A stretch of 64,000 bases of DNA from Squalus acanthias (taxonomy: Eukaryota), in assembly GCA_030390025.1 (NCBI GenBank), contig JASTWF010000034.1:1922001-1986000 (forward strand), given 5' to 3'. The number at the start of each line of letters is the position of its first letter. Position 1 is the stretch's first letter. Made by a program: the position numbers and the translations under genes. Positions 27,070 through 40,830 of the stretch are shown in pieces. The notes beneath the pieces were generated by a model. That model had not been told where the DNA came from and made no database searches. It saw only the letters and a list, made by a program, of their open reading frames with translations.

Positions 27070-27940
27070 CAAACACTCCCAGGGCAGGTACAGCACGGGT
27101 TAGATACAGAGTAAAGCTCCCTCTACACTGTTCCATCAAACACTCCCAGGGCAGGTACAGCAAGGGTTAGATAGAGAGTAAAGCTCCCTCTACACTGTTC
27201 CATCAAACACTCCCAGGGCAGGTACAGCAAGGGTTAGATAGAGAGTAAAGCTCCCTCTACACTGTTCCATCAAACACTCCCAGGGCAGGTACAGCACGGG
27301 TTAGATACAGAGTAAAGCTCCCTCTACACTGTTCCATCAAACACTCCCAGGGCAGGTACAGCAAGGGTTAGATAGAGAGTAAAGCTCCCTCTACACTGTT
27401 CCATCAAACACTCCCAGGGCAGGTACAGCACGGGTTAGATACAGAGTAAAGCTCCCTCTACACTGTCCCATCAAACACTCCCAGGGCATGTACAGCACGG
27501 GTTAGATACAGAGCACAGATTCCTCTACACTGTCACATCAAACAGTACCAGGGCAGGTACAGCACGGTTAGATACAGAGTAAAGCTCCCTCTACACTGTC
27601 ACATCAAACACTCCCAGGGAAGGTACAGCACGGGTTAGATACAGATTGTTGCTCCCTCTACACTGTCCCATCAAACACTCCCAGGGCAGGTACAGCACGG
27701 GTTAGATACAGTGTAAAGATTCCTCTACACTATTCCATCAAACACTCCCAGGGCAGGTACAGCAAGGGTTAGATAGAGAGTAAAGCTCCCTCTACACTGT
27801 TCCATCAAACACTCCCAGGGCAGGTATAGCAAGGGTTAGATAGAGAGTAAAGCTCCCTCTACACTGTTCCATCAAACACTCTCAGGGCAGGTACAGCAAG
27901 GGTTAGATACAGAGTAAAGCTCCCTCTGCACTGTCCCATG
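27070..27940. repeat. 67-bp satellite
   Basis: Unit AAACACTCCCAGGGCAGGTACAGCACGGGTTAGATACAGAGTAAAGCTCCCTCTACACTGTCCCATC. Confidence 0.95.
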
Positions 27941-28199
27941 CATGTTTTTGTCAAAAGGAATCATAAAACTCTACAAATGGTGTAATGATGCATGTAAAAG
28001 AACAAAAACCTTAAAGAGGAGATGACAGACACCTGAAATGTTTAGATCCCAATATCGGAAGTATTTGAACTTGCAAGCACAGACTGAACTACGAGGAGCA
28101 CAGGTTTTATGCAGTTGAGTGTCGGTCAGATGTGGATAATGGTCGAGAGATTTGTTGAAAGGGCTACAAGGAAAATAGGAAGGGTCGAGGAGTTCGGAA

Positions 28200-29350
28200 G
28201 GTTGGAGAGGTTTAGGGCTCATGGGACTCGGGGTAATATATTAGCATGGATTGAGGATTGGCTATCGGACAGAAAACAGAGAGTCGAAATAAAAGAGTCA
28301 TTTTCGGGTTTGCAGGCTGTAACTAGTGGGGTACCGCAAGGATCAGTGCTTGGGCCTCAGCTATTCAGAATTTATATCAATGATTTGGATGAGGGGACCA
28401 AATGTAATGTTTCCAAGTTTGCTGATGATACAAAGCTGGGTGGGAATGCAAGTTATGAGTGGATGCAAGGAGGCTTCAAGGGGATATAGACAGGCGATGT
28501 GAGTGGGCAACAACAGGGCAAATTGATTATAACTTGGAGAATTATGAAGTTATCCACTTTCGTAGGAAAATAGAAAAGCAGAGTATTTTTTAACTGGTGA
28601 GAGATTAGAAAATGTTGTTGTTCAGAGGGATTTGGGTGTTCTTGTTCACGGATCACTGAAAGTTAACCTGCAGGTACAGCAAGCACTTAGGAAAACAAAT
28701 GGTATGTTGGCCGTTATTACAAGAGGATTTGAGTATAAGAGTAAAGACGTCTTACTGCAATTATATAGGGCCTTGGTGATACCACACCTGGAGTAGTGTG
28801 TGCAGTTTTGGTCTCCTTACCTAAAGAAGGATATACTTGTCATACAGGGAGTGCAACGAAGGTTCAGCAGACTTGTTACTGGGATGGGGGGATTGTCCTT
28901 TGTGGAGAGATTGAGTAGACTAGGCCTATATTTTCTAGAGTTTAGAAGAATGAGAGGTGATCACGTAGAAACAAACAAAAGTCTTACAGGGCTTGACAGG
29001 GTAGATGCAGGGAGGATGTTTCCTCTGGCTGGGGAGTCTAGAACCAGGGCTCACAGTCTCAAAATAAGTGGTCGGCCAATTAGGACTGAGAAGAGGAGAA
29101 ATTTCTTCACTCAGACGATGGTGAATCTTTGGAATTCGCTACCACAGAGGGCTATGGAGGCTCAGTCGTTGAGTATATTCAAGACAGAGATCGATAGATT
29201 TTTGAATAATAAGGGTATCAAGGGTTATGGGGATAGTGCAGGGAAGTGGAGATGAGGTAGAAGATCACCCATGATCTTATTGAAAGGCGGAGCAAGCTCT
29301 AAGGGGCAAGTGGCCTACTCATGCTCCTATTTCATATATTCTTACGTTCT
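28200..29350 (+). mobile_element. CR1 LINE 3' fragment
   Basis: [36 protein letters not shown] and GIKGYGDSAGKW. Confidence 0.93.
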
Positions 29351-30639
29351 TATGACAGAGCTAGAAGCAGAGGAGTTCGAAATTGCAGGAGGTTCACCCA
29401 TACGCAGCAGTACTGCGCAGCAGCCACCAGAGGGAGAGGGTGGTGCAATACTGCACAACGGCCAGAGGAGGGAGCAGCAGCACCAGACACACTCCGATCC
29501 TGTGGAACAAACTTACACGCCGGGAGGGTTTTCCCTGCTGAAGTTAAAATCGACACCTTGGACATTTCAGCTTAGAATGGAGGCATCTGTGACATGGTAT
29601 TACACAGATCAACAAGTTAGTAACTTGTGTGGAATAATAATTCAAATTACATTGTGGGCGAAGGAACAAGTTGGAAGAAGCTCAAATTTAAAAGTGAACT
29701 TTAGGACTGATATCAGGAGAATGATCAACACTTCCAATGGACTCCAGTCCCAGCGATGGTGGTGCAAGCCCCGGAATGATTTAGGAAACAATTGGATTGA
29801 GCAATGGGGTGAAGACTATGGTTGTTCTGGAGGGATAAATTAAAATGGGCTGAATGGCCCAGAGCAGGAGATTTAATACAATGTTGAAAACCGGCAGCGT
29901 GTGGGAGGAAGGGGGAAAGAGGCAAAAGAGCCACAGCTAAGATCACCTTGGAAACGCATTCGCCCCGAAACTGTGTTAAATCCCCCCACTGTAATTAAAC
30001 ACATTTAATGTCACATTCATACATTGATGCATTTGAGATATATATGTGAATTAACGCTGTCTCTGGTCTAAAAGACCTGCTTTATATATTTGATCCCACC
30101 CGCTGTGTTTCGGTTCTATCCTGAATCTTTAGCTCCAGTTTATAATCAGTTTATAATCTGGAGACAAGGTTTCAGCAGCCGGCGGGCAGGGAGCAGAGCC
30201 TGAGGCTGATCTGTGTCATGTGGGAGCAGAACACAATATTCCTGCTGTTTATTTGCGTTATCCTGCAGAATTTTGGATACTGTTCTCAACATGTTATACT
30301 CCTCTTCAATATCGGAGGGTTTCGTTTATTGTAATGATCGCTGCGACTCTTTTCAATTTAATGATTTTGCAGCAAATTGAATATCACGAAACCAGCGAAA
30401 TGGTCATTGCCGAGATTAAACACTCAGTGCAGGATCCGCGATTTGTGCATTTCAGCTGACTGCTGCACTTAAGCAGCTGCGATATCCGAATGGTAAAGGC
30501 GTTGGAGTCGAAATTTCAGAGCTTTGCCTGGGAACGTTCGAACACTGTTGCAAAACTTGTTGTATTTTAACGTTAATAAATCTAATTTGTTAGAAAAGTT
30601 TAAAGCCTTGATTGATCTGAGCTCTGATTACCCTAAGAA

Positions 30640-33600
30640 AAACATAAGAAATAGGAGCAGGAATAGGCCACTTGGCCCCTCGAGCCTGCTCCGCCATTCA
30701 ATAATATCATGGCTGATCTTGGGCTCAAAGCCACTTCCCAGCCCGCTCCCCATAACCCTTCACTCCCTTATCTTGCAATAATTTGTCTGTCTTCACTTTA
30801 AATGTATTTAGTGACCCAGACTCCACAGCTCTCTTGGGCAGAGAATTGCACAGATTTACGAGCCTCTGAGAGAAGAAATTCCTCCTCATCTCAGTTCTAA
30901 ATGGGCGACCTTTTATTCTGAGACTGTGCCCCGAGTTCCAGGTTTCCCCATGAGGGGAAACATTCTCTCTGCATCTAACCTGTCGAGCCCCTCAGTATAA
31001 TATATGTTTCGATAAGATCACATCTCATTCTTCTAAATTCCAATCAGTATAGGGCCAGCCTGCTCAACCTTTCCTCATAAGTCAACCCCCTCATCTCTGG
31101 AATTGACCTAGTTAATCGTCTCTGAACTGCCTCCAATGCAAGTATATCCTTCCTTGCATAAGGAGACTAAAACTGTACGCAGTACTCAAGGTGTGGTCTC
31201 ACCAATACCTTGTACAGTTGTAGCAGGACTTCCCTGCTTTTATACTCCAACCCCCTTGAAATAAACGCCAACATTCCATTTGCCTTTTTGATTACTTGCT
31301 CTAGCTGCATGCTAACTTTTTGTGTTTCATGCACAAGCACCCCCAGGTCCCTCTGAAGTGTAGCATTTTGTAAACTCTCTTCATTTAAATAATAGTTTGT
31401 TTTTTTATTTTTCCTCCCGAAGTGGATAACCTCGCACTTTCCACATTATACTCCATCTGCCAAATGTTTGCCCACTCACCTAGCCTGTCTATATCCCTTT
31501 GCAGATTCATTGAGTCCTCTGCACAACTTGTTTTTCCACTCATCTTTGTATCATCTGCAAACTTGGCTACATTACACTCGATCCCTTCATCCAAGACATT
31601 AATGTAGATTGTAAATAGTTGGGGCCCCAGCACCGATCCTTGTGGCACCCCACTAGTTACCGTTTGCCAACCAGAAAATTACCCATTTATCCCGAATCTC
31701 TGGTTTTTGTTAGTTAGCCAATTCTCTAGCCATGCTAATATATTACCCCCAACTCCGTGAGTTCTTATCTTTTGCAGTAACCTTTTATGTGGCACCTTAA
31801 CGAATGCCTTCTTGAAATCCAAATACTGGTTCACCCTTGTCCACCCTGCTTGTTACATCCTCAAAGAACTCTCGCAACTTTGACTGCAGTATATTTTTCT
31901 AAATGCCCTGCTACTGCTTCCTTAATGAAGAACTCCAGCATTTTCCCAACGACAGATGTTAGGGTAACTGGTCCATAGATTCCTACTTTCTTTCTCCCTA
32001 CTTTCTTAAATAGCGGTGTTACATTAGCGGTTTTCCAATCCGCTGGGACCTCTCCAGAGTCCAGGGAATTTTGGGATATTGCAACCAATGCATCCAGTAT
32101 CTCTGCAGCCACTTCTTTTAAGACCCTGGGATGCAGGCCATCTGTTCCAGGGGAGTTGTCGTCTTTTAGTCCCATTATTTTACCAAGTACTGTTTCCTTA
32201 GTGATGGTGATTGTCCTTAGTTCTCCACTCCCTTTGGTCCCTTGATTATCCATTATTGGGATGTTGTGAGTGTCTTCTAAAGTGAAGAGCGATGCAAAAT
32301 ATTTGTTCAGTGTCTCTGCCAATTCACCTTTCCCATTATTGAATTCCCAAGTCCCATCCTCTAAGGGACCAACGTTTACTTTAGCTACCCTTTTCCTTTT
32401 TATATACCTGTAGAAGCTCTTACTATCTGTTTTAATGTTTCTTGCCAGCTTACTCTCATAATTCATCTTCTCTCTATTTATTACTTTTTTAGTCATCCTT
32501 TGTTGGTTTTTAAAATTTTCCCAATCCTCTGGTCTCCCACCAATCTTGGCAACATTTTATGCCTTCGTTTTCAATTTGATGCCATCCTTTACTTCCTTAG
32601 TTTGCCACGAATGGTGCTCCATTCTCTTAAAAGCTTTCTTTATCAGTGGAATATATTTTTGTTGAGAGTTATGAAATATCTCCTTAAATGTCCGCCACTG
32701 CATTTCAACCTTCTTACCCTTTAATTTGTTTTTCCAGTCCACTTTAGCCAGTTCTGCCCTTATGCCATTATAATTGCCTTTGTTTAAGATCAGGACACTG
32801 GTTTGCTATACAACTTTCTCACCCTCCAACTGAATTTGAAATTCAACCATGCTATGATCACTCTTTCCTAGAGGATCCTTTACTATGAGATCATTTATTA
32901 ATTCTGTCTCATTACATAGTACCTGATCCAAGATAGCCTGCTCCCTGGTTGATTCCATTACATACTGTTCTCGGAAAACATCCCGGATACACTCTATGAA
33001 CTCCTCCTCCAGGCTTCCATAGCCAATTTGATTTGTCCAATCAATATTGAGATTAAAATCACCCATGATTATTACCGGACCATTTTTACAGGCCTCCATT
33101 ATTTGTAGATTTATACTCTGTCCAACAGCATTGCTACTGTTCGGAGGCCTGTAGACTACGCCCACGAGAGACATTTTTCCCCTTATTTTTTTTTATCTTC
33201 ACCCAAACCGATTCTACATCTTGATCTTCTGAGCCAATATCACTTCTCACCACTGCACTAATCCCATCGTTTACCAACAAAGCCACCCCACCTCCCTTTC
33301 CTTTCTTTCTATCCTTCCGAATTATCATATACCCTGGAATATTCAGTTCTCTGCCCTGGTCGCCTTGCAAACACGTCTTTGCAATGGCGATCAGATCATA
33401 CCCATTTGTATCTATTTGTGCCGTCAACTCATTTATCTTGTTACGAATGCTAGGTGCATTCAGATATAGAGCTTTTAACTTTGTCTTTTTACCATTTTTC
33501 CTTCTTTTGACCTTTTTTCTGTTACACTCTTATTTTTAAACATTCTGTCCCTTCCTGTCATACTCTGGTTATTATTTCCCCCATCTCTAGCCTGCTCTAT

Positions 33601-35445
33601 TGCATTCTCATTTCTCATTGACTTTTCATTTTCCCACTCACCTGGATCCTCCCACCGACTATTTAGTTCAAAGCCCTCTCTACAGCCCTAGTTATTCGAT
33701 TTGTCAGGACTCTAGCCCCAGCATGGTTCAAGTGAAGCCCGTCCAAACGGAACAGCTCCCTCTTATCCCAGTACTGATGACAGTGTCCCACAAATCGAAA
33801 CCCATTTCTCCCACACCAGTCTTTGAGCCACTCGTTCATTTCTCTGATCTTATTTACCCTGTGCAAATTCGCTTGTGGCTCAGGTAGTAATCCAGAGATT
33901 ATTACCTTTGTGGTTCAGCTTTATAATTTAGCCCCTAGCAGCTCATACTCTCTCTCTGCAGAACCTCTTTCTTTGTCCTACCTATATCATTGGTACCTAC
34001 GTGGACCATGACAACTGGATCTTCCCCCTCCCACTCCAAGTTTTTCTCCAGCCCAGAGGAGATGTCCTTAACCCTGGCACCGGACAGGCAACACAGCCTT
34101 CGGGACTCAGGCTGACAGCTGCAGAGAACAGTATCTATCCGCCTCACTATACTGTCCCCAATCACTACAATATTTCTTTTTGCTCCCCCCACTTGAATGG
34201 CTCCCTGTACCACGGTGCTGTGGTCAGTTTGCTTATCCTCCCTGCCATCCCTGGCCTCATCCACACAGGGAGCAGGAATCTCGCACCTGTTGGATAAGGC
34301 CGAGGGCTGAGGCTCCTCCACCACCTCCTCCTGGAACCCAATACCTGCCTTGCTTGGAGTCACACCCTTCTGTCGCTGACCATGCGGCAATGTGAAAGTA
34401 ATTATTCTAGTGGGTGTGACTGCCTCCTGTAACATAGTGTCCCGGTAACGCTCCCTCTCCCTAATGTGTCGCAGTGTCTGAAGCTCGGACTCCAGCTCAT
34501 CAACTCTGAGCCAAAGTTCATCGAGCAGCCAACATTTGCTGCAGATGTGGTCGCCCTCAATGGTGTCCACGAGCAACAACAACAACAACAACACATTGCC
34601 TGGTCCCCCATCTCAATTAATTAATTAGTTTTCAAATTTGGAACGCTTATATCTTTTAATCTACACCAAGGCACGTTTGGGGGAAAAATCGAGAAATAGA
34701 GACATACGCAGCAACCGATCACTTACCTGCTTTCTGGTGACGTCACACTTCGATAACTATTTACTTCTTAACACAAAGCGGCCCTTGTATCTCAGCTTTT
34801 GAAATCTCCCGGCTTTTGACTCTCTCGCTCTGTTCCCGCTGCTTTTGAACTCTCCCGGGTTTTGACTCTCTCGCTCTGTTCCCGCTGCTTTTGAACTCTC
34901 CCGGGTTTTGACTCTCTTGCTCTGTTCCCGCTGCTTTTGAAATCTCCCGGCTTTTGACTCTCTCGCTCTGTTCCCGCTGCTTTTGAACACTCCCCGCTTT
35001 TGACTCTCTCGCTCTGTTCCCGCTGCTTTTGAACTCTCCCGGGTTTTGACTCTCTCGCTCTGCTCCCTCTGCTTTTGAACTCTCCCGGGTTTTGACTCTC
35101 TCGCTCAGCTCCCGCTGCTTTTGAACCCTCCCGGGTTTTGGCGCTTTCGCTCTGCTCCCGCTGCTTTTGAACTCTCCCGGGTTTTGGCGCTCTCGCTCCG
35201 TTCCCACTGCTTTTGAACTCTCCCGGGTTTTGGCGCTCTCGCTCCGTTCCCACTGCTTTTGAACTCTCCCGGGTTTTGACTCTCTCGCTCAGCTCCCGCT
35301 GCTTTTGAACCCTCCCGGGTTTTGGCGCTTTCGCTCTGCTCCCGCTGCTTTTGAACTCTCCCGGGTTTTGGCGCTCTCGCTCCGTTCCCACTGCTTTTGA
35401 ACTCTCCCGGGTTTTGGTGCTCTCGCTCTGTACCCGCTACTTTCA
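30640..35445 (-). mobile_element. Near full-length decayed CR1 LINE (ORF1 zinc finger plus SGNH esterase; ORF2 APE-RT with an internal RT deletion)
   Basis: ORF1: [69 protein letters not shown]. Many stops and frameshifts. Confidence 0.93.
34790..35445 (-). repeat. 46-bp tandem monomers (~14) at the CR1 5' end
   Basis: Unit CGGGAACAGAGCGAGAGAGTCAAAACCCGGGAGAGTTCAAAAGCAG (minus), directly upstream of ORF1. Confidence 0.85.
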
Positions 35446-36520
35446 GTATACAGGGAGTATCACGAGGGTATAATATACAGGGGATTGTGACAGGAGTCCA
35501 GTATACAAGGGTGGTGTCACAGGGGTAAAGTATACAGAGGGGTGTAACTGGGGTATAGTATACAGGGGGTGTCACGTGGGTATACTATAGAGGGGATAGT
35601 CACGGGTCTAGTATACAGTGGGTGTCACAGGGCTCTAGTATACAGGGGTGGTGTCACAGGGATAAAGTATTCAGGGGGAGTGTCACTGGAGTATAATGTA
35701 CAGAGGGGTGTCACAGTGGTATGGTATACAGGGGAGTGTCACGTGTATAGTATACAGGGGTATCACGGGTATTTTATACAGGGGTGTGTCACGGGTATAG
35801 TATAGAGGGGTGGTGTATCGGGTATAGTATTAAGCGGATGTGTCACAGGGTTATAGTGTACAGGGGGTGTCACAGGGGTGTAGTGTACACGGGGCGTCAC
35901 GGGGATATAGTTTACAGGGGGTGTAATGGGTATATTATACAGGGGAGTGTCATAGGGCTATAGTATACAGGGGTGTGTCACGGGTATTGTATACAGGGGA
36001 TGTCATGGGTATAGGAGAAAGGGGAGTGTCAGGGGTATAGTATACAGGGGTTGTCACGGGTCTAGTATAAAGGGGTGTGTCACGGGTATTGTATACAGGG
36101 GTTATCACAGGGATATAGTATACAGCTGTGTGTCACGGGTATTGTACACAGGGGGTGTCACAGGGGTCTAGTGTACAGAGTGGGTGTCACAGGGGTATAC
36201 TATACAGGGGGGTGTCACGGGTATAGTTTACAGGGGAAGTCACGGGTATAGTACACAGGGGGGTGTCACGGGTATAGTGTACTGGGGGGTGTCACGGGTA
36301 GAGTATACAGGGGGCGTCACAGGGTTATTGTATACGGGGCGTGTCACAGGGGTGTAGTGTGCAGGGGTTTTCACGGGTATAGCATGCAGGGGTGGGTCAC
36401 GGGGTATAGTGTACAGGGGGTGTCACAAGGGTATAGTATACAGGGGGAGTCACGGGTATAGTATGTAGAGGTGATGTCACACTGGTAGAGTATACAGGGC
36501 GTTGTATACGGGGATATTTG
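35445..36520. repeat. Degenerate ~25-bp satellite
   Basis: GTATACAGGGGGTGTCACGGGTATA-like units. Confidence 0.85.
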
Positions 36521-36699
36521 ACAGGGGTGATGGAGATAAACGGTGGCAGATTGGACAGCGGAGGAGATGTACTAATGGGGGATAGAAACAGGCAGTTCAC
36601 GGGGAGCGGGGGAGTTAGAGATACAGATGGGGGGATAAACGGCAGAGCGTGTGTCAGCCGGGGGGATTAAAAGCCGCTGGTGGTGTTGGTTATACTCAC

Positions 36700-37560
36700 A
36701 GGCAGGTACAATACGGGTTAGTTAAGAGTAAAGCTCCCTCTGCACTGTCCTATTAAACACTCGAAGGTCAGGTACAGCACGGGTTAGTGACAGAGTAAAT
36801 CTCATTCTACACTGTCGCATCAAACACTCCCAGGGCAGGTAGAGCACGGGTTAGATACAGAGTAAAGGTCCCTCTACACTGTCCCATCAAACACGCCCTG
36901 GGCAAAACAGCGCAAGGTAAGATACAGAGTAAAGCTCCCTCTACACTGTCCTTTCAAATACTCCCAGGGCAGGTACAGCACGGGTTAGATACAGAGTAAA
37001 GTTCCCTCTACACTGTCCCATCAAACACACCCAGGGCAGGTACAGCACGGGTTATAAACAGAGTAAAGCTCCCTCTACATTTCCCATCCAACACTCCCAG
37101 GGCAGGTACAGCACGGGTTAGATACAGAGTAAAGCTCCGTCTACACTGTCCCATCGAACACTTCCAGGGCAGGTACAGCACGGTAAGATACAGAGTAAAG
37201 CTCCCTCTGCACTGTCCCATCAAACACTCCCAGGGCAGGTACAGCACGGGTTAGATACAGAGTAAATCTCCCTCCACACTGTCCCATCAAACACTCCCAG
37301 GGCAGGTACAGCACGGGTTAGATACAGAGTAAATCTCCCTCTACACTGTCCCATCAAACACTCCCAGGGCATGTACAGCACGGGTTAGATACAGAGTAAA
37401 GCTCCTTCTACACTGTCCCATCAAACACTCCCAGGGCAGGTACAGCACGGGTTAGATTCAGAGTAAAGCTCACTCTAAACTGTCCCATCAAACACTCCCA
37501 GGGCAGGAACAGCATGGTTTAGATACAGGTTAAATCTGCTTCTACACTGCCTCATCAAAC
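36700..37560. repeat. 67-bp satellite (same family as 27070-27940)
   Basis: Same unit sequence. Confidence 0.93.
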
Positions 37561-37574
37561 ATTTCCACAGCAGG

Positions 37575-40500
37575 TGCAGCAGCTGTTAGGTATTGGGTAA
37601 ATCTCCCTCTGCACTGTGCCATCAAATTCTCCCAAGGCAAGTACAGCACGAGTAAAGCTCCCGCTACCCAATCCCACCAAATACACCCAGGGCAGGTACA
37701 GCACAGACCTTCCCTTTTGATCTTTCCTCCCTTCCCCCCTTTCCCTGCCTCTATACATGCTTAAAATCTGTTACATCTGTAGCATTTTCCAGTTCTGATG
37801 AACGGTCATCGAGCTGAAACATTGACTCTGTTTCTCTCTCCACAGATGCTGCCTGACCTGCTGAGCAATGTTCCCTGGAAGGTTCTTGGCCGCGCGGCGA
37901 TCTGTAAGATCCTGCGCACTTAAATTCACAGGCCGCACAGTGAGCTGGAGCGGGCGGAGGGGCCCAATACCCAAACACCCGGGATGCAAAGTAAAGCTCC
38001 GTCTGCACTGTCCCATCAAACATTCCCAGGGCAATAACAGCACGGGATATATAAAGATTAAAGCTCTCTGCACTGTCCCAATCAAATGCTCCCAGGGCAA
38101 TAACAGCACGGGTTATATAAAGATTAAAGCTCTCTGCACTGCCCCATCAAACATTAAAAGGGCAATAACAGCACGGGTTTTATAAAGATTAAAGCTCTCT
38201 GCACTGCCCCATCAAACATTCCCAGGGCAATAACAGAACGGGTTATATAAAGATTAAAGCTCTCTGCACTGTCCCATCAAACATTCCCAGGGCAATAACA
38301 GCACGGGTTACATAAAGATTAAAGCTCTCTGCACTGTCCCATCAAACATTCCCAGGGAAATAACAGCACGGGTTATATAAAGATTAAAGCTCTCTGCACT
38401 GACCCATCAAACATTCCCCGGGCAATAACAGCACGGGTTATATAAAGATGAAAGCTCTCTGCACTGTCCCATCAAACATTCCCAGGACAATAACAGCACG
38501 GGTTATATAAAGATTAAAGCTCTCTGCACTGTCCCAATCAAATGCTCCCAGGGCAATAACAGCACGGGTTATGTAAAGATTAAAGCGCTCTGCACTGTCC
38601 CATCAAACATTCCCCGGGCAATAACAGCACGGGTTATATAAAGATTAAAGCTCTCTGCACTGTCCCATCAAACATTCCCCGGGCAATAACAGCACGGGTT
38701 ATATAAAGATTAAAGCTCTCTGCACTGTCCCATCAAACATTCCCCGGGCAATAACAGCACGGGTTATATAAAGATTAAAGCTCACTGCACTGTCCCATCA
38801 AACATTCCCAGGGCAATAACAGCACGGGTTACATAAAGATTAAAACTCTCTACACTGTCCCATCAAACATTGCCAGGGCAATAACAGCACGGGTTACATA
38901 AAGATTAAAGCTCTCGGCACTGTCCCAATCAAATGCTCCCAGGGCAAGTACAGCACTGATCCCAACTCATCGCCAGGGCTGGGGAGAGATAACCTCGCCG
39001 CCTTCTCAGCAAGTTTAACCTTGTTACTCACTTTCTGATTTGAGCTCCGTTTGGAATCAGACTTTATTTTATTATATTTTGTTGTATGTTTAACGACAGC
39101 ATTGAAGGGGGAAATAGAAACTTGGAGCAACTTCCTCTGTCAAAGCTGCAATGAGACTTGAAAGAATTTAAAGAATTTTAATGAACTATTCACAATAAAT
39201 GAGTGTTAAATACATTTCCTCCCCTAAGTTTTGAATATGATTTTAGAAGAAACAGAACCAAAAATCTATTTCCTCCTCAGCTAAACAAGTTTCAAACAGG
39301 TCTTGAAGTCCACACGTTTTTAAAGAGGTTCTGAAATGCTTAAAATGTTTTAAAATTGAAATTTCTCGATTTTTGATTTTGAGCGATCAAGTGAAGTGAT
39401 TATCTCTACACAAACCTGCAACCATGGTGTTGAGGAGGGGGAGGGCAGGGGAGGATTTGTAGGATTTACATATTACTTTTAAATGAATTTTTTTAATATA
39501 TTCCATTAAGACATATGGGAAGAGAACGAAAAAATGGAAAAACACAAATCCTTTTATTTTGCCTGTCGTTCTGTAGTCCAAACAAGTCACAGGAATAATG
39601 TAAATATAGATTTGCTCTTAAACATTTAGGGAAGTGTTAACAGAAACAAGAGATATGTGATGATGTATACAAATTGCAGGAAACTATTTTATTTGTTTAT
39701 TGAGAAAGACACAGAAAATACTTTGATTAAACTGATAACATACAATTCGATTGAATGTTTGATATGGGAGATTAAAAATTGTGAGTACAATGAAGTTTGT
39801 TCCCCACTTTTAATTGTGAAGTACCTAAAATAATTCAACATTTTTCTTGATAAGAGCAGGGAATAATAATGTGGAGAATGTTTGAGAGAAAAACACTCGG
39901 AGCGAAATTGGTAAATTATAAATCTTTACATCAACATATGAGTAAACATTTCCCAGTCAGTCTGACTGGTTCTCCAGTCCAGAAAGAAAGACAGATGTTT
40001 ATTTCTGTTAAATCACAGTTTTTCCTGCTTTTTGTTTATACTTCAATGACACAAAGTGTGTATGTGTTTTTCTGCACTTGTGAATAAGTGCTGCATTTCT
40101 GACCTGTTACATGGGTGATGTGCTGGTTCAAGAAGACCACGTTAATTCATGGCAGTTATTGAAGTTGAAAATACGGATACCCATTTTGTTCAGTGCTTTT
40201 TAATACTGCGAATTAAAGAACTACACCACTTTATATTTGTTGATTGTCTGGTTGCACTGTGATTAATATTCTAATAACTTACGTGGACGTATTATGTGGA
40301 TGGAATATAATGCTGAAAAATGTGAAGTTATCCACTTTCCTTTTCTATTTTTCCTACTGGAGTATTTTTTAAATGGTGAGAGATTGGGAAATGTTGGTAT
40401 TCAGAGGGACTTGGGTGTCCTTGTACACGAATCACTGAACTTTATCCTGCAGCTACAGCAAGCAATTAGGAAAACATATGGTATGTTGGCCGTCATTACA

Positions 40501-40830
40501 AGAGGATTTGAATATAAAAGTTAAGACTTCTTATTGCAATTATATAGGGCCCGGGTGAAATTCACACCTGGAGTACTGTGTACAGTGTTGGTCTCCTCAC
40601 CAAAGGAAGGATATACCTGTCAAAGAGGGAGTGCAAGGAAGGTTCACCAGACTGGTTCCTGGGATGGGGGGATTGTCCTATGAGGAGAGATTGAGTAGAC
40701 GAAGCCGATATTCTCGAGAGTTTAGAAGAATGAGGTGTGATCTAATTGAAACATACAAAATGCTTACTATGCTTGACTGGTTAGAAGCAGGGAGGATGTT
40801 TCCCTTGGTCTTGGAGTCTCGAACCAGGGA
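37575..40830 (-). repeat. Right arm of the inverted duplication, interrupted by a satellite
   Basis: 37575-37972 matches ~20425-20825, and 38955-40830 matches ~17997-19894, both in reverse complement. Confidence 0.88.
37990..38950. repeat. ~65-bp homogenised variant of the 67-bp satellite
   Basis: Unit AAACATTCCCAGGGCAATAACAGCACGGGTTATATAAAGATTAAAGCTCTCTGCACTGTCCCATC. Confidence 0.93.

Noticed and set aside
34757..35575. Lys/Glu/Ser-rich repetitive ORFs
   Set aside because: Translations of the 46-bp CR1 5' monomers.
27070..38950. Regularly spaced repeats as CRISPR-like arrays
   Set aside because: No unique spacers; contiguous eukaryotic satellites.
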